64,000 bases of DNA from positions 25,976 through 89,975 of the forward strand of contig CANRJY010000005.1 of assembly GCA_947631085.1 (NCBI GenBank), written 5' to 3'. A program made the translations under genes and the position numbers. The DNA is from an uncultured Clostridia bacterium (lineage in GTDB: Bacteria > Bacillota > Clostridia > UBA1381). Below, piece by piece: positions 26,890 to 36,911 of the stretch (position 1 is the stretch's first letter; each line of letters begins with the position of its first letter). The notes beneath the pieces are model-generated. The model was not told where the DNA came from. It did no database searches and was given only the letters and a program-made list of their open reading frames with translations.

Positions 26890-27636
26890 TCAAATCACAC
26901 TGCGGATGCGCTCGGTATAAATCCGGCGTATACCGGCATTTTCGCCGAGCCCGCGCAAATCACATTCGACGGAAAGGTCGGCGTTTTCAAACGCACTTTT
27001 CCATTCAACAGAGATATCGTTTTTCGCGTGTTCGCCCGCGACAAGCATAAGAGGAGAAAGAACAACGCTTTTATACGCTGTTCTTTTTGCGTTTTCAAGG
27101 GTTTCCTTTAAATCGGGATGTCCCTCGACCGTGCCGACGAGAACGTTGGAATAACCGAGCGATTTTATTTTATTTTCAAACTCCGAATAGATTAGATCGC
27201 TCTCGTGCCCCGTGCCGTGACCGACCAGAATATGCAGCACGCCGTCGTTTTTAATATTAAGCGCGTCAATTACCTCCGCGAAAGCGGCGGGGGAATGAAG
27301 CAGCGGTTTTGTGATTTTTATTTTCATTTTATCCGCGTATTCCGATATCACATTGCAAACCTTGTCGTATTCAAAGCCGCCGATAATATGCGTCGGGACG
27401 CAGACGACCTCGTCAAATCCCTCGTCAGCGAGACTTGCGAGCGCGTTTTTTATGTCGTCAATTTCAATGCCGTAAACGCTTTTGAGCTTGCGTATGATCA
27501 TACCACTCGTAAACGCTCGCCGCGTTTCGTATTCCGTGTGAGCATTTGCAGCCGCGCGCTCGACCGGAGCTATACATCTTTCAATAACCTCGGGATAACT
27601 CGTTCCGAAGCTCGTTACAAGTATCGCTTTTTTCAT
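26890..27636 (-). CDS. cbiK: sirohydrochlorin cobaltochelatase
   Basis: MKKAILVTSFGTSY N-terminus and VGHGTGH motif. Last gene of the hem/cbi operon. Confidence 0.8.
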   Translation of the reverse strand: MKKAILVTSFGTSYPEVIERCIAPVERAAANAHTEYETRRAFTSGMIIRKLKSVYGIEIDDIKNALASLADEGFDEVVCVPTHIIGGFEYDKVCNVISEYADKMKIKITKPLLHSPAAFAEVIDALNIKNDGVLHILVGHGTGHESDLIYSEFENKIKSLGYSNVLVGTVEGHPDLKETLENAKRTAYKSVVLSPLMLVAGEHAKNDISVEWKSAFENADLSVECDLRGLGENAGIRRIYTERIRSVI

Positions 27637-28226
27637 ATCATTCTCCTTACGGCTCTTTCAAACGCGGCTGTATCCTTTTTCCCGAGAGCGATCATTTCAT
27701 CGGTAACAAGCGCCCGCAAGAGAGCCTTTTTCGCGTTTTTGTCAATGTCCTTTTTTAATATCGCGCGGCGCGCTTTTTTGAGTACGGAGCAGATTTTATC
27801 ATACGCTTCAATATCGATTTCGGAGCGGATTTTTTGCGCGAGCAGGGGATACGCTCCGTTTGTAGAAACAGCCGCCGTTATATTGCCGCTTCGGGTGTAC
27901 GCCATCGGAATAAAATCCGAGCCTTCCGAACATGACGCGTTAAGAGCCAAAATACCGAGCTCCGCCGCGTCGGACGTAATTTGGCGGTTAAGCTCCTCGT
28001 CGTCCGTTGCGGAAATCGCAATAAACGCGCCGTTTAAGTCGCTTTTTTCGTAGCTTTTCGCGGCGTATTCTATGTTTAATCCCGAAAAATCCGCGTTAAG
28101 CTCCGGACTTATGATTTTCACCGCCGCGCCCTCTTTTTCAAGCGCCGCCGCCTTGATCCGCGCCGCCCCGCCCCCGCCGACTATGACGCATAAGCGGTTT
28201 TTTACGTTCAGCATTACGGGATACAT
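27633..28226 (-). CDS. sirC: precorrin-2 dehydrogenase / sirohydrochlorin ferrochelatase (SirC/CysG N-domain-like)
   Basis: VIVGGGGAA Rossmann motif, about 197 aa, in operon context. Confidence 0.7.
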   Translation of the reverse strand: MYPVMLNVKNRLCVIVGGGGAARIKAAALEKEGAAVKIISPELNADFSGLNIEYAAKSYEKSDLNGAFIAISATDDEELNRQITSDAAELGILALNASCSEGSDFIPMAYTRSGNITAAVSTNGAYPLLAQKIRSEIDIEAYDKICSVLKKARRAILKKDIDKNAKKALLRALVTDEMIALGKKDTAAFERAVRRMI

Positions 28227-28227
28227 T

Positions 28228-29187
28228 TTATTCCTCCAGCCACTTCGCTATTTCCTTTGCGTAATACGTTATTATTATTTTCGCGCCCGCGCGTTTCATC
28301 GCGGTCACGCTTTCCATAACGACCGCCTTCTCGTCGAGCCAGCCGTTGAGCGCGGCGGCTTTTATCATTGAATACTCTCCGCTCACCTGATATATCGCGA
28401 GCGGCTCGTTGAATTTTTCGCGCATGGTTTTTGCGATGTCGAGATACGCAAGCCCAGGCTTTACCATGATGATATCCGCGCCCTCCTCAATGTCAAGCTC
28501 CGTTTCGATCACAGCCTCGCGCGCGTTGCGGTAATCCATTTGGTACGTTTTCCTGTCGCCGAACGACGGCGCGCTGTCAGCCGCGTCGCGGAACGGTCCG
28601 TAAAACGCCGACGAATATTTCACACTGTAAGCCATAATAAGTGTGTTCTCAAAGCCGTTTTTGTCAAGCTCCGAGCGAATAGCTCCAACTCTTCCGTCCA
28701 TCATGTCCGACGGCGCTACTATATCCGCTCCCGCCCTCGCGCACGAGAGAGCCGCCTTTGCGAGCAGCGGCAGCGTTTTTTCGTTCACCACGCACCCGTT
28801 CTCGACCACTCCGCAGTGACCGTGAGATGTGTACTCGCAAAGACAAATGTCCGCGATAACTATTAAATTCGGATGCGCTTTTTTAATCATACGGATCGCG
28901 CGCTGAACAACTCCGTTATCGTCATACGCGCCGCTTCCGAGCTCGTCCTTGTGCGCGGGTATGCCGAACAGCAGCACCGCGTTTACGCCCGCCGACACGG
29001 CTTCGTCAACGGCGGCGGGGAAATCATTGAGCGAATACCGCTTCACTTCGGGCATCGACGCTATTTCCTCAGTTTCACTCTCGGTCACGAACATAGGATA
29101 CACCAAATCGGTGCGGTCTATTGACGTTTCGTGGACGAGGTCGCGTATAGCCGCGCTAACTCTGTTTCTTCTCGGTCTTTTGATCAT
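28228..29187 (-). CDS. hemB: porphobilinogen synthase
   Basis: RPRRNR N-terminus, DICLCEYTSHGHCG Zn site, PSDMMDGR and YQVSGEY motifs. ATG 29187 has a GGAGG RBS. Confidence 0.95.
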   Translation of the reverse strand: MIKRPRRNRVSAAIRDLVHETSIDRTDLVYPMFVTESETEEIASMPEVKRYSLNDFPAAVDEAVSAGVNAVLLFGIPAHKDELGSGAYDDNGVVQRAIRMIKKAHPNLIVIADICLCEYTSHGHCGVVENGCVVNEKTLPLLAKAALSCARAGADIVAPSDMMDGRVGAIRSELDKNGFENTLIMAYSVKYSSAFYGPFRDAADSAPSFGDRKTYQMDYRNAREAVIETELDIEEGADIIMVKPGLAYLDIAKTMREKFNEPLAIYQVSGEYSMIKAAALNGWLDEKAVVMESVTAMKRAGAKIIITYYAKEIAKWLEE

Positions 29188-29189
29188 GT

Positions 29190-30632
29190 TCAGTCCTCCA
29201 AAATGCAATCTATTATGCTTTCAGCCGTCGGTTTTGCGGCGGTTTTGTAAACTTTTATGCCGTTTTTTTCGGCGTTTTCCGTAGTTTTAGCGCCGATCGA
29301 AATGAATTTCGCGCCCGTTTCGATTCCCATATCGCAAAACGCCTTCGCCGCCGAGCCGCTCGATAAAATTATATAGTCCGTTTCATTGGCGAAAACGGCG
29401 AGCGCTTCGCGCTTTGAAAAATCCGTTTCCGTTCTGTAAAGCGCGAGATCCGTGTGCGGTACATTTTTTTCTTTGAGCATATCGGTTAAGACAGCCGAAG
29501 CTCCCGCCGCGCGAAGAAGCAGAACTCGGTCTTTTTCCGTTATACGCCTTTCAAGCTCCGCCGCGAGCGATTCGCTGTTCGCAGCGGCGGGAACGCAGTC
29601 CGCGTATATACTGCGTTTTTCGAGCGCCGCCGCCGTCCTTTCGCCGACGACCGCGAATTTCACAGCCGCGAGCGAGCGTATGTCCGCACGCGTTTTTGAG
29701 AGATGATCGAAAAAAATATCAACTCCGTTCGCGCTCGAAAAGACAATGTATGTGTAATCGGAAAGGCTGATTTCCGCAAATTTTTCGTAATTTATCGGCA
29801 CGGTTCTTATAACACTCAGCTCCGTAATGTCCGCGTTCCTTTCCTCCGCCGCTTTTCTCAAATCGTTTAAAACCGTTTCCGTCCCCGTCGCGAGGATTTT
29901 TTTGCCCGACGGTTTAAAGCGGTTGATTTTATCATGCAGACCGACAACGTCTCCAACGACGATAACCGCAGGCATAGCGCAGTTTTTCGCCTTATCCGCT
30001 ATATCGCCGAGAGTGCCGCAAACGATCGTCTGATTGGGCAGAGTTCCGTTTGAAATAACCGCCGCCGGAGTGCTTTCGCGTTTGCCTTTTTTGATGAGCT
30101 TTTCGGCTATTTCCGCTATTTTCGCCGCGCCCATCAGAAACACGAGAGTACCGTCAAGTCTTGCGAGCGTTCCGTAATCGACGCTCGATTTGCCTTTTTT
30201 TTCATGCGCGGTTATAACATGGAACGACGACGCGAAATCGCGGTGTGTGACCGGTATTCCGGCGTACGCAGGAACGCTGTAACACGACGAAACGCCTGGA
30301 ATCACCTCAAAATCGATCCCCTCCGCCGCGAGCGCCTCCGCCTCCTCGCCGCCGCGCCCGAACACAAAAGGATCGCCGCCCTTGAGCCGCGCGACGGTTT
30401 TGTTTTGTTTTGCTTTTTCAATAATAAGTGCGGTAATTTCCTCCTGCTTTAAATGGTGATTGCCGGAAATTTTCCCCGCGTAAATCAGCTCGCAGTCGGG
30501 CTTCGCGTAATTTAAAAGCGTCCCGTTTACGAGATGATCAAAAATTATAACATCGGCGGATTTTACGCGCTCAAGCCCCTTGACGGATATCAACCCCCCG
30601 TCCCCGGGCCCCGCGCCGATTAGATATACCAT
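29190..30632 (-). CDS. cobA: uroporphyrinogen-III C-methyltransferase / uroporphyrinogen-III synthase fusion
   Basis: The N-terminal half carries GAGPGD and GGDPFVFGRGGEE SUMT motifs. The C-terminal half, about 230 aa, is HemD-like. Confidence 0.9.
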   Translation of the reverse strand: MVYLIGAGPGDGGLISVKGLERVKSADVIIFDHLVNGTLLNYAKPDCELIYAGKISGNHHLKQEEITALIIEKAKQNKTVARLKGGDPFVFGRGGEEAEALAAEGIDFEVIPGVSSCYSVPAYAGIPVTHRDFASSFHVITAHEKKGKSSVDYGTLARLDGTLVFLMGAAKIAEIAEKLIKKGKRESTPAAVISNGTLPNQTIVCGTLGDIADKAKNCAMPAVIVVGDVVGLHDKINRFKPSGKKILATGTETVLNDLRKAAEERNADITELSVIRTVPINYEKFAEISLSDYTYIVFSSANGVDIFFDHLSKTRADIRSLAAVKFAVVGERTAAALEKRSIYADCVPAAANSESLAAELERRITEKDRVLLLRAAGASAVLTDMLKEKNVPHTDLALYRTETDFSKREALAVFANETDYIILSSGSAAKAFCDMGIETGAKFISIGAKTTENAEKNGIKVYKTAAKPTAESIIDCILED

Positions 30633-30638
30633 GATAAT

Positions 30639-31439
30639 TTACCCCATTTTCAATATTTTCGTCTCCCGTATAATTTCCCCGCTTCTTACCGACAGCGTTT
30701 TCATCACGATCTCCCCGCCCACAACTGCCGCGTGCGCGCCGATGGGGGAGTGGCAGCCGCCGCCGGATTGCTTTAGAAATTCTCGCTCGGCTTTTAACGC
30801 CGCCATTGTCGGGGCGTGATTTATCGCGTCCGTGTATTTTTTCAAATCGCCCGAACGCGTCTCAACCGCGATTATGCCTTGTCCCGCCGCGCATACGAAA
30901 TCGAGCGGAGTGATTATCAAATCCGCGCCCACATTCAGCCTGTCGAGCGCCGCCTTTGCCATGATCAGCGCGTCGTATTCGCCGCTTTTCAGCTTGTTTA
31001 TCCGCGTCCCGATATTGCCGCGTATCGGTTTTATCAGAGCGTCGGGATACAGCTCCCTTATCTGAACCTCGCGCCGCGCGCTGCCCGTGCCTATTACGCT
31101 CGGAGCTTTGCGTGACAGCGAGATCATCACGTCCTCATGTGCTCCGCGCGGGAGTACCGCGCCTATTTCAAGCCCTTCGGGAAGCTCCGTCGGCATATCC
31201 TTCGCGCTGTGAACAGCCATATCTATTCCGCCTTCGAGCAGCGCGGCTTCAAGCTCCTTGATAAAAACGCCCTTTCCGCCGAAGCTCGCAAGCGTTTTGT
31301 CAAGCCTTTTGTCGCCCTCCGATGTAATTCCGACGATTTCAAATTCGTCCTCGGGAAACGCTGTTTTAAGCGCGTTCGCCGCTATTTCTGTCTGCTTAAT
31401 CGCCAGCGGGCTTTTCCGCGTTCCTATTATGATTTTCAT
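30639..31439 (-). CDS. hemC: hydroxymethylbilane synthase
   Basis: IGTRKS.LA..Q, AVHSAKD and GGCHSPIGAHA (cofactor Cys) motifs. Confidence 0.9.
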   Translation of the reverse strand: MKIIIGTRKSPLAIKQTEIAANALKTAFPEDEFEIVGITSEGDKRLDKTLASFGGKGVFIKELEAALLEGGIDMAVHSAKDMPTELPEGLEIGAVLPRGAHEDVMISLSRKAPSVIGTGSARREVQIRELYPDALIKPIRGNIGTRINKLKSGEYDALIMAKAALDRLNVGADLIITPLDFVCAAGQGIIAVETRSGDLKKYTDAINHAPTMAALKAEREFLKQSGGGCHSPIGAHAAVVGGEIVMKTLSVRSGEIIRETKILKMG

Positions 31440-32569
31440 TTTTCATTCCTCAATCCGTCTATAAACAACCGAAATTCCTTAGCCGAACAATTCGATTTTT
31501 TTTCGTAGATCATTTTCATAAATCCGCCGCGCGCGCTTTCGGCGAGACTGTTTTTTTTCGTTTCTATCCATTCCTTGTTTTCGTAAAAAATCTGCCAAAC
31601 AAGAAACTCGTTTACATATTTTTCCAAAATAACGCGCGCCTTTTCGGCTTCCGCGCGCTTTTTCGCGTTGTTTTCCTCGGATAAGCCGCGCAGATCGTCG
31701 ATATCAGTGTACATATTCAAATCCGAATTGACAATATCCATATCGCACGGCACCGCGAGGTCTATAAACGCGCGTTTTTTGCGCGTTGCGAGAGCTTTTT
31801 CGCATTCGGCTCGCGAGATCGTGAGGTGAGGGCTTGCCGTCGCGCTTATTACCGCGTCCATATCGTCGAGAAAATCATAACGCGAGTAATAATCTATAAC
31901 CTCCGTCCTGTCAAAGCTTTCAAAAAGCGCCGCGTCCTTTGTGCGTGTCGTAACATACAGCTTTGCCGCGCCGATTGACGCCAAATCCTTATAGACGATA
32001 TTGCCGATTTTGCCGCCGGCGCCGATAATCATAATTTTTTTCCCGTCCAGCCCGCCGAGAGCCTCCGCGCATTTTTTTATCGCGAGCGTTGCCGTGGAAA
32101 CGGGAGTTTTTGAAAGCAGCGTATCGGTTTTTACGCGCTTTGCGCCGGTTACCGCAAGGCGGAACAGCGTGTTCATATATATGCCCGCCGTTCCCGCTTC
32201 CGCCGCGAGAGAGTGCGCGTCCCTGACCTGACCGAGAATTTGATCCTCGCCGATTATCATGGAATCGAGCCCCGCCGCGGTTTCGGCAAGCCGCGCTACA
32301 GCGTCCGCGTCATAAAAGACGGTTATATACGGGCTTAAATCAATTCCGGCAAGCGAGTTGAAATATTCAATAAATTTTTCCCGAACATCGCCGTCTGCCG
32401 CGAGATAAAATTCGCATCGGTTACAGGTGGAAAGAACGACGCATTCATCCGCGAGATTCCGTTTTATGTATTTTAAAATTTCCGTTTGCCGCTTTTTTGT
32501 AAACGCCAATAAGGCGCGAACCTTTAAAGGCGCGCGGCTGTGGCTGATTCCGATTGCGAATATACGCAT
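31436..32569 (-). CDS. hemA: glutamyl-tRNA reductase
   Basis: STCNRCEFY catalytic Cys motif and IIGAGGKIG NADPH motif. Confidence 0.9.
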   Translation of the reverse strand: MRIFAIGISHSRAPLKVRALLAFTKKRQTEILKYIKRNLADECVVLSTCNRCEFYLAADGDVREKFIEYFNSLAGIDLSPYITVFYDADAVARLAETAAGLDSMIIGEDQILGQVRDAHSLAAEAGTAGIYMNTLFRLAVTGAKRVKTDTLLSKTPVSTATLAIKKCAEALGGLDGKKIMIIGAGGKIGNIVYKDLASIGAAKLYVTTRTKDAALFESFDRTEVIDYYSRYDFLDDMDAVISATASPHLTISRAECEKALATRKKRAFIDLAVPCDMDIVNSDLNMYTDIDDLRGLSEENNAKKRAEAEKARVILEKYVNEFLVWQIFYENKEWIETKKNSLAESARGGFMKMIYEKKSNCSAKEFRLFIDGLRNEK

Positions 32570-33252
32570 TATGGTGTTCCCTTCTTAATGATTATCGTTG
32601 TAAAATATCCAAGCTCGCCGCGCGGGATTTTGCCCACGAACTCACCGTTCATGCCGATATTGCTCGCCGCGGCCGCTTTGCCCAGAAGACCGCGCTTTTC
32701 GAGCATATCATAAATTTTATCCAGATTTTTTCCGGCTTTCATCACAACTATATTGTCAAACGTGTCAAGTATCTCTTCAAAGCGTTCGTCCAAATTTACC
32801 GCCGGCACTACCGCGAGCGTTTCGTTGCCCTCACACAGACTCACTCCCGCGCGCGCGGCGGCAGCGCAGAAGGACGGAACGCCCGAAACGGTTTCCGTTT
32901 CATATCCGCGCTTGGCGAGCTCCTTTGCAACGTATGAGCAGGTGCTGTAAACAGCCGCGTCTCCGAGCGTTATCATCGCCGTATTTTTGCCCGTATCAAG
33001 CAGCGCGGCGACTGTGTCTACCGCGCTGTTTCTTGCCTTTTCTCTCGTTTCCGTGTTCCGGCTCATAGGAAAGCCGAGAGTTATTATATGTTTATCCGAT
33101 ATATCTACGTTATCCTGTATAAGCGAGAGCGCCGTGGACTTACCGCTTTTTGCCGGAACCGCGATAACGTCGGCGTTTTCAAGCGCGCGCTTCGCCGCGA
33201 GCGTGATATATCCGCCGCCCAAGCCTATACCGACCGAATAGAATTTTCCCAT
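32569..33252 (-). CDS. cbiL: precorrin-2 / cobalt-factor-II C20-methyltransferase
   Basis: GKFYSVGIGLGG N-terminus and GDAAVYS motif. ATG 33252 overlaps the proS TAA by 1 nt (the track start 33405 runs into proS). Confidence 0.8.
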   Translation of the reverse strand: MGKFYSVGIGLGGGYITLAAKRALENADVIAVPAKSGKSTALSLIQDNVDISDKHIITLGFPMSRNTETREKARNSAVDTVAALLDTGKNTAMITLGDAAVYSTCSYVAKELAKRGYETETVSGVPSFCAAAARAGVSLCEGNETLAVVPAVNLDERFEEILDTFDNIVVMKAGKNLDKIYDMLEKRGLLGKAAAASNIGMNGEFVGKIPRGELGYFTTIIIKKGTP

Positions 33253-34688
33253 TAGTATGCCTTGCCCCAATATACGAGCGCTTTCGCCTTTTTGCCGCAG
33301 CAGACGCAGGTGTCGGTTATCTCCTCCTGCTCGAACGGCATACATCTTGACGTGAGCCCCGCTTCTTCCTTTATCTTTTCCTCGCACTCCAAATCGCCGC
33401 ACCACATCGCTTTTATAAAGCCGTTGTTGCTGTCCGCGATTTCCTTAAGTTCGTCCATAGTTTTAGCGACAAACGTGTGCGCCGCTCTGTTTTCCTTTGC
33501 GCGCTCCAGCATATCCGCCTGCATTTTCGCGAGCGTTTCCTTCAAAGCCTCGGCGACGTTGTTTATATCCGCCGTTATCTTCTCGTGGTTGTCGCGTCTT
33601 GCGAGAATTACCTGTCCCGCTTCTATGTCCTTCGGTCCTATCTCTATTCTTACAGGTACGCCCTTCATTTCGTGCTCCGAGAACTTCCAGCCGGGTGATT
33701 TGTCGCTGTCGTCGAGCTTTACGGAGAACTCCTTTTTGAGCGTCTCGTACAGCTCGTTCGCCTTTTCGAGAACGCCCTCCTTATGCTGCGCTATCGGCAC
33801 TATTACGCACTGAATCGGCGCGATGTTCGGCGGGAGAACAAGTCCGTTGTCGTCGCCGTGAACCATGATAACCGCGCCCAAAAGTCTCGTCGAAACACCC
33901 CATGAGGTCTGATGCACATACTTTAACTGTCCGTCCTTGTCGGCGTACTGAATGTCGAACGCCTTCGCGAAGCCGTCGCCGAAGTAGTGCGACGTTCCCG
34001 ATTGAAGCGCTTTTCCGTCGTGCATGAGGCTTTCGATCGTGTATGTTTCCTCAGCGCCCGCGAATTTTTCCTTGTCGGTTTTCTGTCCCTTTATTACGGG
34101 GATAGCCAGATCCTCGTAGCAGAAATCGGCGTATACGTTTAACATTCTCTGCGTCTCCTCGCGCGCCTCCTCGGCTGTCGCGTGAGCGGTGTGTCCTTCC
34201 TGCCATAAGAACTCGGACGAGCGCAGGAACGGTCTTGTGGTCTTTTCCCAGCGTACAACACTGCACCACTGGTTATACAGCTTCGGCAGGTCGCGGTATG
34301 AGTGGATTATGTTCGCGTAGTGGTCGCAGAACAGCGTTTCCGAGGTCGGGCGCACACAAAGGCGCTCCTGCAGCTTTTCGTTGCCGCCCTGAGTTACCCA
34401 CGCTACCTCGGGCGCGAAGCCCTCAACATGATCCTTTTCCTTTTGCAGAAGCGACTCGGGAATGAACATCGGCATATACACGTTTTCGTGTCCCGTTTCC
34501 TTGAAGCGTCTGTCGAGGCTCGCCTTGATCTTTTCCCATATCGCGAAGCCGTACGGGCGTATCACCATACAGCCCTTCACGTTTGAATACTCGATAAGCT
34601 CGGCTTTGCGTACAACGTCCGTGTACCATTTCGCAAAATCCACGTCCATCGAGGTTATGTCCTTTACAAATTTATTGTCCTTTGCCAT
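33252..34688 (-). CDS. proS: proline--tRNA ligase (archaeal/eukaryote-like type, 478 aa)
   Basis: Class II motifs (FRDE-like [15 protein letters not shown]), a C-terminal Zn-type CxxC...CCG region and a terminal Y. Confidence 0.95.
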   Translation of the reverse strand: MAKDNKFVKDITSMDVDFAKWYTDVVRKAELIEYSNVKGCMVIRPYGFAIWEKIKASLDRRFKETGHENVYMPMFIPESLLQKEKDHVEGFAPEVAWVTQGGNEKLQERLCVRPTSETLFCDHYANIIHSYRDLPKLYNQWCSVVRWEKTTRPFLRSSEFLWQEGHTAHATAEEAREETQRMLNVYADFCYEDLAIPVIKGQKTDKEKFAGAEETYTIESLMHDGKALQSGTSHYFGDGFAKAFDIQYADKDGQLKYVHQTSWGVSTRLLGAVIMVHGDDNGLVLPPNIAPIQCVIVPIAQHKEGVLEKANELYETLKKEFSVKLDDSDKSPGWKFSEHEMKGVPVRIEIGPKDIEAGQVILARRDNHEKITADINNVAEALKETLAKMQADMLERAKENRAAHTFVAKTMDELKEIADSNNGFIKAMWCGDLECEEKIKEEAGLTSRCMPFEQEEITDTCVCCGKKAKALVYWGKAY

Positions 34689-34722
34689 TTGGATTTTTCC
34701 TTTCTTTGCTCAATTCTCAAAA

Positions 34723-34752
34723 ATTATACCATAAATACACGCCGTTAGTCAA
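34723..34752 (-). promoter_or_regulatory. proS operon promoter
   Basis: Minus strand TTGACT, 18 nt, TATAAT. The leader is only about 35 nt. Confidence 0.45.
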
Positions 34753-34844
34753 GATATTACGAGAAAATACTTGAAAAGCGGCTTGATAAGTGTTAAAATA
34801 TACCCGATATGAAAATATCCGTTTCCGGTAAACGCGGGTTCATT

Positions 34845-34985
34845 TTATGGGTGCGCGTTTTTAAAGGGAGAAGCGAGGCGCAAATCCTCCGCAGTCACGC
34901 TGCCGTAACAGTCGGATCGCCCGCCCGAAACGCGCACATTTGTTCCTACGAGCGATGGGTCGTGTGCAGAGGAACGCTTTTTTTG
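34845..34985 (+). promoter_or_regulatory. cobalamin riboswitch with terminator, leader of cbiMNQO
   Basis: P1 is GTGCGCGTTT (34851) paired with AAACGCGCAC (34928). The core reads GGGAGAAGCGAGGCGCAAATCCTCCGCAG..GCCGTAACAGTCGGATCGCCCGCC. Hairpin GTTCCT...AGGAAC is followed by a T7 run (34942..34984). Confidence 0.65.
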
Positions 34986-35089
34986 CGTATCCTTTTTTAT
35001 CACACATCGCAGAGGTAGTATCACTTGTGCTGACACAAAATTTATTATTCGCCGCTTTACTAACGGGCGGCGCGAAAGGAGTAGATTTT

Positions 35090-35836
35090 ATGTTAGTAAA
35101 CAAGAAATGCGACAAGGTGAAGATCCTCGTCGCGGTACTGTCCGTTCTGCTTGTCGTACCTGCTTTGAACGCGAGCGCTATGCACATCATGGAGGGCTAT
35201 CTGCCCGTCGGATACTGCATATTTTGGGGCGTTCTGTGCGTTCCGTTCCTTATTTGGGGCGGAATCGACATGAAAAAGCAGATGAAAAGCGACGGCAGAA
35301 CGAAAATCCTTTTGGCGCTTTCGGGCGCGTTCGTGTTCATCATTTCATCACTTAAAATCCCGTCGGTGACGGGAAGCTGCTCGCACCCCACCGGCACGGG
35401 GCTGGGCGCTGTGCTTTTCGGCGCGCCGATAATGTCGCTTCTCGGCATAATCGTGCTGATTTTCCAGGCGCTGCTGCTCGCGCACGGCGGTCTTACGACT
35501 TTGGGGGCGAACACGTTTTCAATGGCTATCGCCGGTCCGTTCCTTTCCTACGGCATTTACAGGCTGTGCAAAAAAATGAACGTCAACAAGGCTGTCGGCG
35601 TGTTTTTGGCGGCGACGCTCGGCGATTTGTTCACCTATGTGATAACGTCGGTGCAGCTTGCGCTGGCGCACCCCGACGCGGCGAACGGAATGATGTTCTC
35701 GCTTGTGAAATTCATGGGCATATTCGCTCCGACGCAGGTACCTATCGCGGTCGCGGAGGGAATTTTGTCGGTGATAATTTTTAACGTACTTGAGGCCAGC
35801 TGTCAAAAGGAATTACAGCGGCTCAGTGTGATTTAA
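35090..35836 (+). CDS. cbiM: cobalt ECF transporter substrate-capture component CbiM
   Basis: Signal-like N-terminus followed by MHIMEGYLP, the mature N-terminal metal-binding motif. AAAGGAG RBS. ATG 35090 chosen over TTG 34940. Confidence 0.9.
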   Translation: MLVNKKCDKVKILVAVLSVLLVVPALNASAMHIMEGYLPVGYCIFWGVLCVPFLIWGGIDMKKQMKSDGRTKILLALSGAFVFIISSLKIPSVTGSCSHPTGTGLGAVLFGAPIMSLLGIIVLIFQALLLAHGGLTTLGANTFSMAIAGPFLSYGIYRLCKKMNVNKAVGVFLAATLGDLFTYVITSVQLALAHPDAANGMMFSLVKFMGIFAPTQVPIAVAEGILSVIIFNVLEASCQKELQRLSVI

Positions 35837-35850
35837 AAGGGGGATTTACA

Positions 35851-36135
35851 ATGAAATTATGGGTTAAAAATACGCTTCTTGTTATATTACTTCTTGTAAT
35901 CGTCACCATACCGCTTTTATTTATGGGCGGCAACGAGTTCGGCGGCTCGGACGACGCGGGCGCGGACGCGGTGAGCGAGGTTGACGCGGACTTTGTGCCG
36001 ATAGCCGAGCCTGTATGGGAGCCGCCCTCGGGCGAGATCGAGTCGCTTCTGTTCTGCGTCCAGGCGGCGATAGGCGCGGGAATATGCGGTTACGCGATAG
36101 GTCGGCTTACGTCTAAGAAGAAGGAAGAAAGATGA
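35851..36135 (+). CDS. cbiN: cobalt transport protein CbiN
   Basis: 94 aa with two TM helices. Lies between cbiM and cbiQ. Confidence 0.8.
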   Translation: MKLWVKNTLLVILLLVIVTIPLLFMGGNEFGGSDDAGADAVSEVDADFVPIAEPVWEPPSGEIESLLFCVQAAIGAGICGYAIGRLTSKKKEER

Positions 36136-36911
36136 TCATAGAAAAAACGGCGTATATGTCGAAATTAAGAAATGCCGATCCGCTTTTGAAAACGCTGTTC
36201 GCGCTCGCGTTTATGATAATATGCGTCGCGGCGGACAGCTTCGCGGTGAGCTTCGCGGCGGCGGCTGTGATGCTGTCGCTTGTGATATTCGCGGGCGGCG
36301 CGCCCGTTAAGACGGTCGCGAGGCTTATGAAAATTCCGATGTTTTTTATCATCGCGGGAACTGTCGCGATAGCGTTTACCGCGTCGGATATTCCGTCGGA
36401 TATGGTTATTGCGGCGCGTATCGGAGCGCGGTTTTACGGAATAGGCAAGGCGGGGCTTATCATGGCGGCGCGGGCGGCGGCGAAGTGCTTCGGGGCGGTG
36501 AGCTGTATGTATTTTCTCTCGCTTACAACGCCTATGAACGATTTGCTGACGCTTCTCAGGAAAAGCCCGCTCCCCGATTTTTTCGCGGAGATAACCGAGC
36601 TTGTGTACCGATACATATTCGTGCTGTTCGAAACGGCGCGCAAAATGCGAACCGCTCAGGACGCGCGGCTGGGGTACTCGTCGCTTAAAACGAGCTACAA
36701 ATCGACAGGAGTTTTGGCGGCGAATTTATTCATTCGCGCGTTCGAGCGCGCCGACAGGGCGTATACGGCGATGCAGTCGCGCGGGTATGACGGCTCGGTC
36801 GCGGTGTTCTCGGACGAGTATGAAAAAAAGCCGCGCCAATATGTTCTCGCGGCTCTTGCGGCTGTGATTTTCGCGTCGTTCGCTTATTTTTGCGGGAGGC
36901 GGGGAATATGA
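36132..36911 (+). CDS. cbiQ: cobalt ECF transporter T component CbiQ
   Basis: Polytopic protein with the ARG coupling motif (QDARLG). Overlaps cbiN and cbiO. Confidence 0.85.
   Translation: MIIEKTAYMSKLRNADPLLKTLFALAFMIICVAADSFAVSFAAAAVMLSLVIFAGGAPVKTVARLMKIPMFFIIAGTVAIAFTASDIPSDMVIAARIGARFYGIGKAGLIMAARAAAKCFGAVSCMYFLSLTTPMNDLLTLLRKSPLPDFFAEITELVYRYIFVLFETARKMRTAQDARLGYSSLKTSYKSTGVLAANLFIRAFERADRAYTAMQSRGYDGSVAVFSDEYEKKPRQYVLAALAAVIFASFAYFCGRRGI

Noticed and set aside
34689-34800. A T-box or other leader upstream of proS.
   Set aside because: The promoter's -10 lies only about 35 nt from the ATG, leaving no room for a structured leader.
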